Shown piece by piece: positions 8,313 through 16,842 of a stretch of 24,424 nt of DNA. Both the position numbers and the translations under genes were made by a program. This stretch comes from Acutalibacteraceae bacterium (GTDB taxonomy: Bacteria; Bacillota; Clostridia; Oscillospirales; Acutalibacteraceae). Under the pieces are notes generated by a model. The model did not search any database. It was given only the letters and a program-made list of their open reading frames with translations, and was not told the origin of the DNA. Numbering within the stretch: position 1 is the stretch's first letter; each line of letters opens with the position of its first letter. The stretch lies in the NCBI GenBank assembly GCA_051894015.1, contig JBJFHV010000527.1, positions 1-24,424 on the forward strand. Direction: 5' to 3'.

Positions 8313-9050
8313 TTATATTGTAATTCCGCCGTCCACGCAAAGCGTCTGACCGGTGATGAACGAAGCTTCTTTACCGGCAAAAAATCCGACGGCGGCGGCG
8401 ACGTCCTCCGGCAGTCCGATTCTTGCCATGGGCGTTTCCTCTATTACGTCTCTTTTCGCCTGTTCGTCAAGCTCAGCATTCATCTTGGTATCAATCAGTC
8501 CGGGTGCTACACAGTTGACCGTGATCCCCGACGGTCCGACCTCTTTGGCAAGTGCTTTCGTAAACCCGATCAGACCCGCTTTGGCGGCGCTGTAATGTAC
8601 TTCGCATGAGCCGCCGCTGACGCCCCACATGGAGGAAATATTGATGATCCGTCCGCTGTGCCGTGCAATCATACCGGGCACAATCCGCTTCGTCAAAAGC
8701 ATGGCGCAGGTGAGATTGACCGAAAGAACATCGTTCACCTTGCTCTCTTCGGCAAACTGAAAAAGCTCGCGGTAAGAGAGTCCGGCGTTGTTGACAAGAA
8801 CGTCAACTGTTCCGATTCCGAGCGCTTTTTCAGCAAGTGTTTTCACCTGCTCACAGTCGCTCAGATCCGCTTGGATTGCCGAAGCCGAAATACCGAAGCG
8901 TTCGTGGAGCTGCGTGCAAAGTCTCTTTGCCTTTTCTTCCGAACGGTTATAATGAACCGCAACATCAAACCCCATGGAAGCAAGCTTCCGGCAGATTTCG
9001 GCACCGATACCGCCCGAAGCGCCGGTTACAAGAGCAAGCATTGTATTCAC
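8313..9050 (-). CDS. Short-chain dehydrogenase, FabG-like (possibly YmfI-like)
   Basis: TGASGGIG, NNAG, NISS and YSAAK motifs. Confidence 0.9.
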   Translation of the reverse strand: MNTMLALVTGASGGIGAEICRKLASMGFDVAVHYNRSEEKAKRLCTQLHERFGISASAIQADLSDCEQVKTLAEKALGIGTVDVLVNNAGLSYRELFQFAEESKVNDVLSVNLTCAMLLTKRIVPGMIARHSGRIINISSMWGVSGGSCEVHYSAAKAGLIGFTKALAKEVGPSGITVNCVAPGLIDTKMNAELDEQAKRDVIEETPMARIGLPEDVAAAVGFFAGKEASFITGQTLCVDGGITI

Positions 9051-9074
9051 ACCTTTCGGATATTTTTCAGAGAA

Positions 9075-9103
9075 ATTATACTAAGTCCGGACAATAAAGT
9101 CAA
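9075..9103 (-). promoter_or_regulatory. sigmaA promoter of the SDR gene
   Basis: TTGACT-N17-TATAAT. Confidence 0.8.
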
Positions 9104-9146
9104 GCAGCGGATTTTATATAATTACAAAAAATATATCGAACACTTA

Positions 9147-9175
9147 TTGCATTTTGTGAACGAATGTGATATAAT
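9147..9175 (+). promoter_or_regulatory. sigmaA promoter of the 559-aa membrane protein gene
   Basis: TTGCAT-N17-TATAAT with an extended TG. Confidence 0.75.
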
Positions 9176-9204
9176 CTTGAAAATCACAGAAAGGGTGTGT
9201 CTTT

Positions 9205-10884
9205 GTGAAGAAAAATAAAATGACAGCGGCTTTCATCGCCTTGATCGTAACGGTGGTTGTCGGGCTGCTTGGTTTGTTCGTCCTTTGTATTCCGATCAAT
9301 CTTCATGATGAGGGCTTCTGGGTGTTTGTTATCGTTGAATGCTTTATCTTTTTATTGATCCGGAGGCTTGCGCTCGGCTTTAAGGATTTCGGACGGGTCA
9401 CCGTCATGAAAAAGACCGGCTCAAAGGGCAAAACGAAAAAACATACCGAATTTCGTTTTTCTCTGACGCCGTATATCGTACCGCTTGTGCTGATCGGTGT
9501 GTTCGTTATCGGCGGGGCTGTCGGCGGAACGTTCTTCAACGCCGAAACCTATGCTTCGATTCTTACCGTAACTGAAACCGATTTTTCAAAGGATATGGAC
9601 GAATCGGTCGGAACGGATTCCATTGCACTGATGGATACGGCGTCAGCGAAAATGCTCGGCGACCGCGAGATCGGCGCGCTGTCCGGGGTCGTCAGCCAGT
9701 TTAATGTGTCCGATGAGTATTCGCAGATTGATTATCAGGGTAAGCCCGTCAAGGTTTCCGCACTCGAATATGCGGGCTTTTTCAAGTGGCTTAACAATAA
9801 GTCATCGGGTGTTCACGGCTATGTGACCGTTGATCCGGTTTCTATGTCCGCCTCGTTTGTTCAGTCCGACGGAATGAAGTATATTCCGTCCGCCTACTTT
9901 TTCGAAAACGCCGCCAGACATATGTGGCTGAAGTTTCCGACGCTGATGTTCGGCAATCTTCATTTTGAAATTGATGAAAGCGGAAAGCCGTATTATGTGG
10001 CTTCGATTTACGATAAAACAATCGCGCTTTTCGGCGGTACGACCGTCAGCGGTTGTCTTGTGCTTGATCCGGTGACGGGTGACATTCAGCGGTATTCCGT
10101 TGCCGATACGCCGCGTTGGGTCGATATTGTGTTCAGCGGAGATCTGATCTGTGAGCAGTACAACTGGCTCGGTACGCTTCAGAACGGTTATTGGAACAGT
10201 GTGATCGGCAAAAAGGGCTGTAAACAGGTCACGACCTATTATGCCGAGGACGAAAACGATAACGCACCCGCCTCCGACTACGGTTATGTTTCAAAAGACG
10301 GCGACATCTGGATCTATACGGGCGTTACCTCCGTCAACAGCGACAGCTCGAACATCGGTTTTATTCTTGCCAACGAAAGAACAGGCGAATGTCATTACTA
10401 CACGGTTGCCGGTGCGGACGAAAAATCGGCCATGACCGCCGCCGAGGGTGAGGTGCAGGAAAAGGGCTATCAGGCGTCGTTCCCGTCGCTGATCAATGTT
10501 GACGGCAAGCCGACTTATATCATGGTGCTCAAAGATTCGGGCGGACTTGTCAAGCTTTACGCCGCGGTCAATGTCGAACAGTACAATCTTGTCACGACCG
10601 CTTCAACGCAGACCGAATGTATTGCAAAATACCGCAAGCTTCTCGGAATTGAAGAGCCGACTGAACCGCAAAAGGAAACCGAGGTCGTTACCGTTACCGT
10701 CGCGGCTGTCCGGTATATTGATGTTGACGGCAACACCTATATCTATCTGATCGACACAAAAGACAACATTTACAAGGCGAAAGCCGCAAGCCACGAAAAT
10801 ATGCTTCTGATCGAAAAAGGCGACAAGGTTCGGCTGTCATGTGCGGATTCGGTGATTTTGAAATGCGAAAAAGTTGAACAATAA
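9205..10884 (+). CDS. Conserved hypothetical membrane-anchored protein (3 N-terminal TM segments, large extracytoplasmic domain)
   Basis: Long ORF with an RBS before GTG, its own promoter and a terminator. No catalytic motif recognised. Confidence 0.75.
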   Translation: MKKNKMTAAFIALIVTVVVGLLGLFVLCIPINLHDEGFWVFVIVECFIFLLIRRLALGFKDFGRVTVMKKTGSKGKTKKHTEFRFSLTPYIVPLVLIGVFVIGGAVGGTFFNAETYASILTVTETDFSKDMDESVGTDSIALMDTASAKMLGDREIGALSGVVSQFNVSDEYSQIDYQGKPVKVSALEYAGFFKWLNNKSSGVHGYVTVDPVSMSASFVQSDGMKYIPSAYFFENAARHMWLKFPTLMFGNLHFEIDESGKPYYVASIYDKTIALFGGTTVSGCLVLDPVTGDIQRYSVADTPRWVDIVFSGDLICEQYNWLGTLQNGYWNSVIGKKGCKQVTTYYAEDENDNAPASDYGYVSKDGDIWIYTGVTSVNSDSSNIGFILANERTGECHYYTVAGADEKSAMTAAEGEVQEKGYQASFPSLINVDGKPTYIMVLKDSGGLVKLYAAVNVEQYNLVTTASTQTECIAKYRKLLGIEEPTEPQKETEVVTVTVAAVRYIDVDGNTYIYLIDTKDNIYKAKAASHENMLLIEKGDKVRLSCADSVILKCEKVEQ

Positions 10885-10888
10885 AACG

Positions 10889-10922
10889 AAGTTCCTCCTG
10901 CTGCTGCGGGAGGAACTTTTTT
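10889..10922. terminator. Intrinsic terminator
   Basis: AAGTTCCTCCTGC-TGCT-GCGGGAGGAACTT followed by a T run. Confidence 0.85.
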
Positions 10923-10937
10923 ACGCTTCTTTGAAAA

Positions 10938-11675
10938 TTACTTTCCGTCGGGCTGATTGTCCCGATATAAAACGGGCAGGATTTCAGCAAGATTTCTGTA
11001 TTCGATACAGCAATGCTCTGCCATTCCTTTTGCCATATTGTCGGTTATAATGAGCTTGCGCAAAAGCGGACTTTTCATGGTTTTTCCGAGCCAGAACCGG
11101 CTGATCAGAAACAGGCCGTTTTCCGTCTGCTTGAAAATATGTGCCATTTCCGTATGTCGGACAAGACCCTTAAACGCACCGACGTGGCCGCAGACGATGA
11201 GCGGTATTCCGTTTTGCTCCATGAGCTGTCTTGAAAAGCCGAATTCCTCCGGCGTTACAAAATCAATCCGTAAGGGCATTTTCATGCCGCCTATTTTTTC
11301 GACCGGATAGTGTGTGTTCGGCTGAAAAGGAGGCAGGGTAGACTGCTTAAAATAGTCCGTGTCTTTTTTTCGGTAGGAAATGCCGCAGTGAGCGCCGGGA
11401 AACCACACCTGATAACGAAGACTGTCCTGTGCGTGCCACCAGAACCACCATTCGATCATTTCCGGCGTGAGACCCGGCATTGGACAGACCATGGATACCA
11501 GATAGCTTCCGTTGGGAATTTTTTGATATCCGACTTCGTTTTGTAAATTTTCATTTTGCAAGATGTCGTTCTTTTTTTCAAGGGGCGTCAGCGTGATTTG
11601 GTTTTTCTCCAATGCCGCTTTGATTTCCGGCGGCATCTTCGGTAACGGCTTTTTCAGTAAATCTTTTATTTCCAC
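10938..11675 (-). CDS. PhlG / phloretin-hydrolase family C-C hydrolase
   Basis: MPGLTPEMIEWWFWWH...RYQVWFPGAH and C-terminal EHCCIEYxNLAEILPVLY, typical of the DAPG hydrolase family. Confidence 0.8.
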   Translation of the reverse strand: MEIKDLLKKPLPKMPPEIKAALEKNQITLTPLEKKNDILQNENLQNEVGYQKIPNGSYLVSMVCPMPGLTPEMIEWWFWWHAQDSLRYQVWFPGAHCGISYRKKDTDYFKQSTLPPFQPNTHYPVEKIGGMKMPLRIDFVTPEEFGFSRQLMEQNGIPLIVCGHVGAFKGLVRHTEMAHIFKQTENGLFLISRFWLGKTMKSPLLRKLIITDNMAKGMAEHCCIEYRNLAEILPVLYRDNQPDGK

Positions 11676-11707
11676 TTTGCTTCCTCCTGTGATTCATTGT
11701 TATAACA

Positions 11708-12457
11708 TTATCTTCTTAAAAGCCGGTCAACATATTTCGGGTCAATCTGATTGACTGTTTCAAGCTTTCCTTCGTAAAACACGGCGAAATTATTGAAAAC
11801 GCAGGGCAGCTGTTTGGCTTTTTCAAGCGAGTCAACCTCGATAAAAGAAGCGGGAATCCCTTTTTCTTCGCAGTACGAGCGAAGCGCTTCGACCCTTTGT
11901 AAAATGAACGGACACTGAAAATCATAATACACCGTAAGATCTTCGCTGTCGATTTTCTCTTGCTTTGCGTTATCACAAAAATGCGGTGTTGTTCCGTCGA
12001 ACGAAAGAGCCAAAAGCTCATAACCGCTGTCGGTCCCATCAACCGTGACAAATCCGTATTTTTTCGCAAAAGTCTGGTCGGACAGCCACGCTTTTTGCTT
12101 TTTTGACCCGAGCATACAGATGCCCGATTTTCCGCTTTCTTTTGCGTCGGCAATGCACGACTCCAGAAGCGCTTTGCCGGTTCCCGTTCCCTTGAATTCA
12201 CCCGTGACCCACAGGCAGTAGATATAGAAATAGTTTTTGCCCTCAATCGGTACCCATGCTTTTTCGAGCGGTGCATATTCGATAAACGCACAGCCCTTTG
12301 CGTCGAGTTTTCGGAAAACATGACCGTCAGAGAGCCGTTCCCGAAGCCAATCACGCTTCTTTTCAACGCCCGGATGCGGCTTTTTGATGCGGATAATACA
12401 GCATAAATGCTCGGTGTCAATGTTATCTTTTGTCAGGGTAATTAATTCTTCTTCCAT
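11708..12457 (-). CDS. GNAT acetyltransferase with YoaP domain
   Basis: FIEYAPLEKAWVPI, CLWVTGEFKGTGTGKALL, C-terminal QCPF...PCVFNNFAVFY. Confidence 0.85.
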   Translation of the reverse strand: MEEELITLTKDNIDTEHLCCIIRIKKPHPGVEKKRDWLRERLSDGHVFRKLDAKGCAFIEYAPLEKAWVPIEGKNYFYIYCLWVTGEFKGTGTGKALLESCIADAKESGKSGICMLGSKKQKAWLSDQTFAKKYGFVTVDGTDSGYELLALSFDGTTPHFCDNAKQEKIDSEDLTVYYDFQCPFILQRVEALRSYCEEKGIPASFIEVDSLEKAKQLPCVFNNFAVFYEGKLETVNQIDPKYVDRLLRR

Positions 12458-12479
12458 GTTGGTGCCTTTCTTGTTTTAC

Positions 12480-13616
12480 TCAGCAGTTCTCTTTGATAAA
12501 CTGTCCCATTTCGTCTACGACGTCTTCCGCCTGCGGAAAAACGCCCATGGCGTTGAGATAGCCGTGTCCCATGCCGTTGTACACTACGACCTTGACCGGA
12601 ACACCGGCGTCTTTGAGTTTGTGCGCCCAGGCGATACAGTCGTTTTTAAGAAAGTCGAGCGCACCGACCGAAATAAACGTCGGCGGATTTCCCGAAGCGT
12701 CAAAGGTGTACGGATTGCAGTACGGATCGGGCTTTGTGACGCCGAATTTTTTGTTCATTTTATGGAAGCTGTTGACCATGATTTCAAGCTGAGCCGTGAT
12801 GCGGCGGCAAAGTCGCTTTTGTTTCGGCTCGTAAACGAAATTCTTTCCGTCAAGCTTATAATACTTGTCCTCGGTCTTGAAAATGTTCAGTGTTGCATAC
12901 AGCAATAGCTGACCTTTGACCATGCCGGTTCCTTTTGCTCTTGTTGAGCAGTATTGAGCAAGATTTCCGCCGGCGCTGTCGCCCGTGACGAAGATTTTCG
13001 TTTTGTCTATGCCAAACGTTTCGGCGTTTTGATAAATCCATTCCAGCACGCAATAGCAGTCCTCGTGCGGTGTGGGATAGGGGACTTCCGGCATGAGTCG
13101 GTATGCGGCGCTGACGACGGGAATGGAGAACTTTTCAACAAAAACCTTCCACACCTCGTCGTAGGGCGGAATACTGCCGCCGATGAAGCCGCCGCCGTGC
13201 ATAAAGAACAGGCACGGCCCGTTCGGCTCACACTTTTCACTTCTGTAGATTCTGATCGGAATTTCGTAGCCGTCTTTTGCCGTTACGGTCTGATCCGTAA
13301 GGTTGATACCGCTCTTGACGCAGACCGCGCTCGAAACCTTGTCGCAGCTTTTTCTGAAATTTTCGAGTCCCTTTCCGCTCAAATTCATGCTCATTTTTTT
13401 GATGACGGCTTCGGGCAGAAACGACATCATTTTTGCGTTCCTGCCGAGCGGTCCGCCGAGCATACGGGGATCGGCGGCAATTTCGGATATGGCGTCCGGC
13501 GCATATTTTTCGGTGATCGGAAGTCCGTCCTCGGTTATTGTTTTTGCCGTCGCTTTGAACGCGGCGAAAAATTCATCGGTGTACCATTTTTTATCCCAGC
13601 TTTTTTTCTTCTTCAT
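12480..13616 (-). CDS. HSL-family esterase/lipase (alpha/beta hydrolase)
   Basis: HGGGF, GDSAGG, LDFL and GMGHG. Confidence 0.9.
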   Translation of the reverse strand: MKKKKSWDKKWYTDEFFAAFKATAKTITEDGLPITEKYAPDAISEIAADPRMLGGPLGRNAKMMSFLPEAVIKKMSMNLSGKGLENFRKSCDKVSSAVCVKSGINLTDQTVTAKDGYEIPIRIYRSEKCEPNGPCLFFMHGGGFIGGSIPPYDEVWKVFVEKFSIPVVSAAYRLMPEVPYPTPHEDCYCVLEWIYQNAETFGIDKTKIFVTGDSAGGNLAQYCSTRAKGTGMVKGQLLLYATLNIFKTEDKYYKLDGKNFVYEPKQKRLCRRITAQLEIMVNSFHKMNKKFGVTKPDPYCNPYTFDASGNPPTFISVGALDFLKNDCIAWAHKLKDAGVPVKVVVYNGMGHGYLNAMGVFPQAEDVVDEMGQFIKENC

Positions 13617-14119
13617 TTTATTTCCTCCTGTGATTCACCTTGAAGTTCTCTCTTCCATATTTCATAAAGCCGGTCAAGGCTGTACGATGCGTTTGCGGGG
13701 CTTGTTGACGGAAGAACGCGCGCACGGATGCCGATGATCGGCTCGATATGTTTTTGATAAAGGGCAAAAGCCTTTTGACCGTTGACAAAAATCCGCTTGA
13801 TCGGTGCTCTTTCCAGAATCACCGAAAGATCGTTTGGCACAACATTTTTGATTGTGCTGTCGGCGGATCCGTCAATTTCGCACGAGTGAATCACGTCCCA
13901 AAGCGCAAGATGATTGTCTAAGATCAGCTTTCTTTTTTCTTCAATTGTAACAGGCGTCTCCTCTTCGAAAATGCGGGCAAGAACACGCCAGAAGCGGTTT
14001 TGCTTATGACCGTAGAAAAACATCACTTCTCTCGATTTGACAGACGGAAACGAGCCTAAAATCAGCGTTTCGCTCCTTTCGTCAAACAGCGGTTCGATCG
14101 GGTGAACAATTTTGCTCAT
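13613..14119 (-). CDS. DNA-deoxyinosine glycosylase (UDG superfamily, family 6)
   Basis: LILGSFPSVKS, FYGHKQNRFW, LWDVI, LPSTSPAN. Confidence 0.85.
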   Translation of the reverse strand: MSKIVHPIEPLFDERSETLILGSFPSVKSREVMFFYGHKQNRFWRVLARIFEEETPVTIEEKRKLILDNHLALWDVIHSCEIDGSADSTIKNVVPNDLSVILERAPIKRIFVNGQKAFALYQKHIEPIIGIRARVLPSTSPANASYSLDRLYEIWKRELQGESQEEIK

Positions 14120-14144
14120 TTTTTATACCTTCCGATAAGAAAGC

Positions 14145-14176
14145 TTTTCCCGCAGAGAAGAAGCTTTGCGGGAAAA
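14145..14176 (-). terminator. Intergenic hairpin (terminator or RNA stabiliser)
   Basis: TTTTCCCGCA...TGCGGGAAAA; only a weak U tail on the minus strand. Confidence 0.5.
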
Positions 14177-14208
14177 GAACAGGTTGATTTATGAATTTCC
14201 GTTTGCGG

Positions 14209-14709
14209 TTATTTGGTCAAATCTGCCATCTTAAGTCCGGATCCCTTCTGTCCCCAGGCGTTTGCCCAGCTTTCGCAGTACAGCTTGTAGTAGGAGACGT
14301 TGTGCTTTTTGCGGTAACCCTCAAAGAAATTGCACCAGATTGCCGAGGGGAGCGCGATGACGATATAGTAAAGCGGACCTAACAGCAGGCACTGCCAGGT
14401 GTGACCGTATTCGTGAATCCGGGTGTTATAGGTCCACTTTCTGTTTTTGTGCTGATCCTTCATGAAGATGAAAAGACCCATTGAAAGACCGCCTGCGTTC
14501 CACGGAAGATAGACAATTCTTGCGTAACCGAAGCGCTGCCAGCGTCTGCCTTTGATTTTCGTGCAGATCAAAAAGGCGATTCCCCCGACAAGGTTGACCG
14601 GAAGTCCCCATGTCCATTGGACAAAATAGAACAGAAAATCGAGCAGACTTTGTTTAAAGCATTTTTTCTTTTTCGGCGGTTCTTTTACGGTGATGTCAAT
14701 TTCGTTCAT
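14209..14709 (-). CDS. Small membrane protein with an HExxH metallopeptidase-like motif
   Basis: Two hydrophobic segments, RIHEYGHTWQ, downstream ESWAN. 4-bp overlap with the transporter stop codon. Confidence 0.7.
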   Translation of the reverse strand: MNEIDITVKEPPKKKKCFKQSLLDFLFYFVQWTWGLPVNLVGGIAFLICTKIKGRRWQRFGYARIVYLPWNAGGLSMGLFIFMKDQHKNRKWTYNTRIHEYGHTWQCLLLGPLYYIVIALPSAIWCNFFEGYRKKHNVSYYKLYCESWANAWGQKGSGLKMADLTK

Positions 14710-16382
14710 TTTGCATTCTCCTTTTGTTTTTCAATTTCTCTTTTGGTTTCAAGCTCTTTTTCGATGAGGATAATGTAGTCTCCGTCCTCGTTTTTGTCAA
14801 GCGTATGAATTTCGTCGCTGTTGTTGTCCTTGCCGAGCCAGGTGTTTTCGAGCTTCTGACCGCTGACCAGTTCGATCCGCTCTCTTTCCTCATCGGAAAG
14901 GGTGACCGAACCGTATTTGTGCTTCGTGGCAACGGCGGCCCGGATCATGGTGTGATCCTCTTTTGTCATTTTGAACTTTTTCAGAAGAATTAGGGCGATT
15001 ACCGCGGCAATAATAGGAATCACGGCAACGCAGATGCGTACGCCTAAAACTGCGCTCGATGACTGAACATAAAGCGTTCCGTTGACTTTTTCATATTCAC
15101 TGACTGTGTCGCCGGTAACAAGGCCGAACGACTGTAAGATAAACGAAACGAAAAACGCCATTACGCCGCTGACGCTTTTTTTGATGAGGGTGCTGAACGT
15201 TGAAATAACGCCCTCTCTGCGTCGGCCGGTGATCAGCTCGTCAACGTCGGTAAGGTCCGGAAAAACGTTGGTTGACACAAAGCCTAAACCGCTCATTCCG
15301 AACGGATACAAAATCATACTCAGCAGCATCAGCACAACCCAGACAGGCGACGCCTTGCTTCCGCCCTGCATAAACAGTCCGATAGCAAGACCGGCGACCA
15401 TCAGCGGCGTTACGATGTCGCCGCAGCGCTTTTTGCCGAACTTCATGGTCAGCGCGTAATTGAACGGAAAAGCCGAAGCCTCCGCAACGCCGGCAATCGC
15501 ATTGAACAACGCATATTTGCTGTACTGATTGGCAAGATATTTGATGTAATAAACCTTTGAACTGGAGTAAAAACCGGTTGAAAACTGATAGGCAAGACTC
15601 ATAAAGAAGTACTGACGGAAGGATTTGTTTTTGAAAACAAGATAGTACTCTTTAAAGAAATACTTGATGTCGAACGGTTCAAGCTTGTTGTCAAGTGAGG
15701 ATGGCTCTCTTGTTGTTTTGTATGTAAGAAAGACCGCCACACTGTAAAACAGCGAAAGAACGAGCCCCGAGATCAGAAACGGCATTTTCGATTCCGAGGT
15801 GAGGTTGTCGCCCGAGCCGAAAAGTCCGAGAATCAGAACAACGATACCGAACGAGGGTACCATGCCGGCGGAATTGAACAGATAGCCCATTGAGTTGTAC
15901 TGCGTCCGAAGATCATATTCGGGTGCAAGCTCGGGGAGCATCGCGGTATGCGGAACGCAGATAATGGTATAAGCCGTTTTGTAAACCATATAAATCAGGA
16001 CAAAATAAATCATCGCCGCCGTCGGGTTGGTTTTTCCGTTGAGACCGAACGAGTTCCATAAAAGAGTATACGAAACGAACATCAGCGGAATACCCCAAAG
16101 AAGATACCGCCTGTGCTTGCCGGTCCTGCTTCTTGTGCGGTCGGTGATGATGCCCATTGCCGGGTCGGTCACAGCGTCCCAGATGGTTGCAAACATGACG
16201 ACAAGTCCCGCCTGCTTCAGACTGAGGTTGACGACGTCGGTCAGGAAAATCGTCAGATACATTGAAATGATGTAGCCTGAGCCGCCGAGATACATATTCG
16301 TGTAGCTGTAATTGATCATCGGCAGAATCGCGGTTTTAAAATCGCCCTTAACGCCGATTGCCTTTTTTATTTTTTCTCCCAT
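14706..16382 (-). CDS. MFS glycoside-pentoside-hexuronide (GPH) cation symporter
   Basis: IWDAVTDPAMG..TDRTRSRTGKHRRY, PHTAMLPEL, ITGRRREG, about 12 TM segments. The start is chosen from GGAG spacing; alternative starts run up to 16397. Confidence 0.9.
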   Translation of the reverse strand: MGEKIKKAIGVKGDFKTAILPMINYSYTNMYLGGSGYIISMYLTIFLTDVVNLSLKQAGLVVMFATIWDAVTDPAMGIITDRTRSRTGKHRRYLLWGIPLMFVSYTLLWNSFGLNGKTNPTAAMIYFVLIYMVYKTAYTIICVPHTAMLPELAPEYDLRTQYNSMGYLFNSAGMVPSFGIVVLILGLFGSGDNLTSESKMPFLISGLVLSLFYSVAVFLTYKTTREPSSLDNKLEPFDIKYFFKEYYLVFKNKSFRQYFFMSLAYQFSTGFYSSSKVYYIKYLANQYSKYALFNAIAGVAEASAFPFNYALTMKFGKKRCGDIVTPLMVAGLAIGLFMQGGSKASPVWVVLMLLSMILYPFGMSGLGFVSTNVFPDLTDVDELITGRRREGVISTFSTLIKKSVSGVMAFFVSFILQSFGLVTGDTVSEYEKVNGTLYVQSSSAVLGVRICVAVIPIIAAVIALILLKKFKMTKEDHTMIRAAVATKHKYGSVTLSDEERERIELVSGQKLENTWLGKDNNSDEIHTLDKNEDGDYIILIEKELETKREIEKQKENAK

Positions 16383-16409
16383 ACGCATCATCTCCAAGCG
16401 CTTTTTTTG

Positions 16410-16439
16410 ATTTTAACACCTTAAAGTGCCGTAAGTCAA
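16410..16439 (-). promoter_or_regulatory. sigmaA promoter of the transporter operon
   Basis: TTGACT-N18-TAAAAT with an extended TG. Confidence 0.65.
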
Positions 16440-16447
16440 TACATACG

Positions 16448-16477
16448 GAATAAATAAAACCGATTTGCGGCATAATA
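16448..16477 (+). promoter_or_regulatory. Candidate forespore sigmaG/sigmaF-type promoter
   Basis: GAATA-N18-CATAATA matches the B. subtilis sigmaG consensus GHATR-N18-CATxxTA. Confidence 0.55.
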
Positions 16478-16526
16478 AAGAAGGAAGAATGAATCTTCTC
16501 AATAACAAATAAGGAGAATAAGACTT

Positions 16527-16679
16527 ATGTCACAGAACAATCAGCAAAACAATCAGCAAAATAACCAGCAAAATAACCAGCAGAACAATGCCCGCAGCCG
16601 TCAGCAGCAAAACGAGCAGAACAAACAGCAGAATAAGCAGAAGAATCAGCAGCAGAACAAAGAAGAAAATCAGTTTTAA
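16527..16679 (+). CDS. 50-aa Gln/Asn-rich micropeptide
   Basis: MSQNNQQNNQQNNQQNNQQNNARSRQQQNEQNKQQNKQKNQQQNKEENQF*. AAGGAG RBS at 16511-16516. Synonymous codon variation between QQNN repeats. Confidence 0.75.
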   Translation: MSQNNQQNNQQNNQQNNQQNNARSRQQQNEQNKQQNKQKNQQQNKEENQF

Positions 16680-16785
16680 GGGTAGGTAACCCCTAAAAAC
16701 ATCCCGGCATTCGTTAGAACACACAACTATGCCAAACGCCTTGAGTTCTTAGAGGCTGTCTGCGTTTCTTTTGCAGATTCAGACC

Positions 16786-16824
16786 AAAAACGCGCCTGTC
16801 GGATTTCGGACACGGCGCGTTTTT
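16786..16824. terminator. Bidirectional intrinsic terminator
   Basis: AAAAACGCGCC-TGTC...GACA-C-GGCGCGTTTTT. Confidence 0.8.
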
Positions 16825-16842
16825 ACCGGCTTTTCATATTTT

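Noticed and set aside
16530-16724. Poly-Leu/Val hydrophobic ORF on the minus strand
   Set aside because: It is the antisense mirror of the Q/N repeats; the plus strand has the RBS and promoter.
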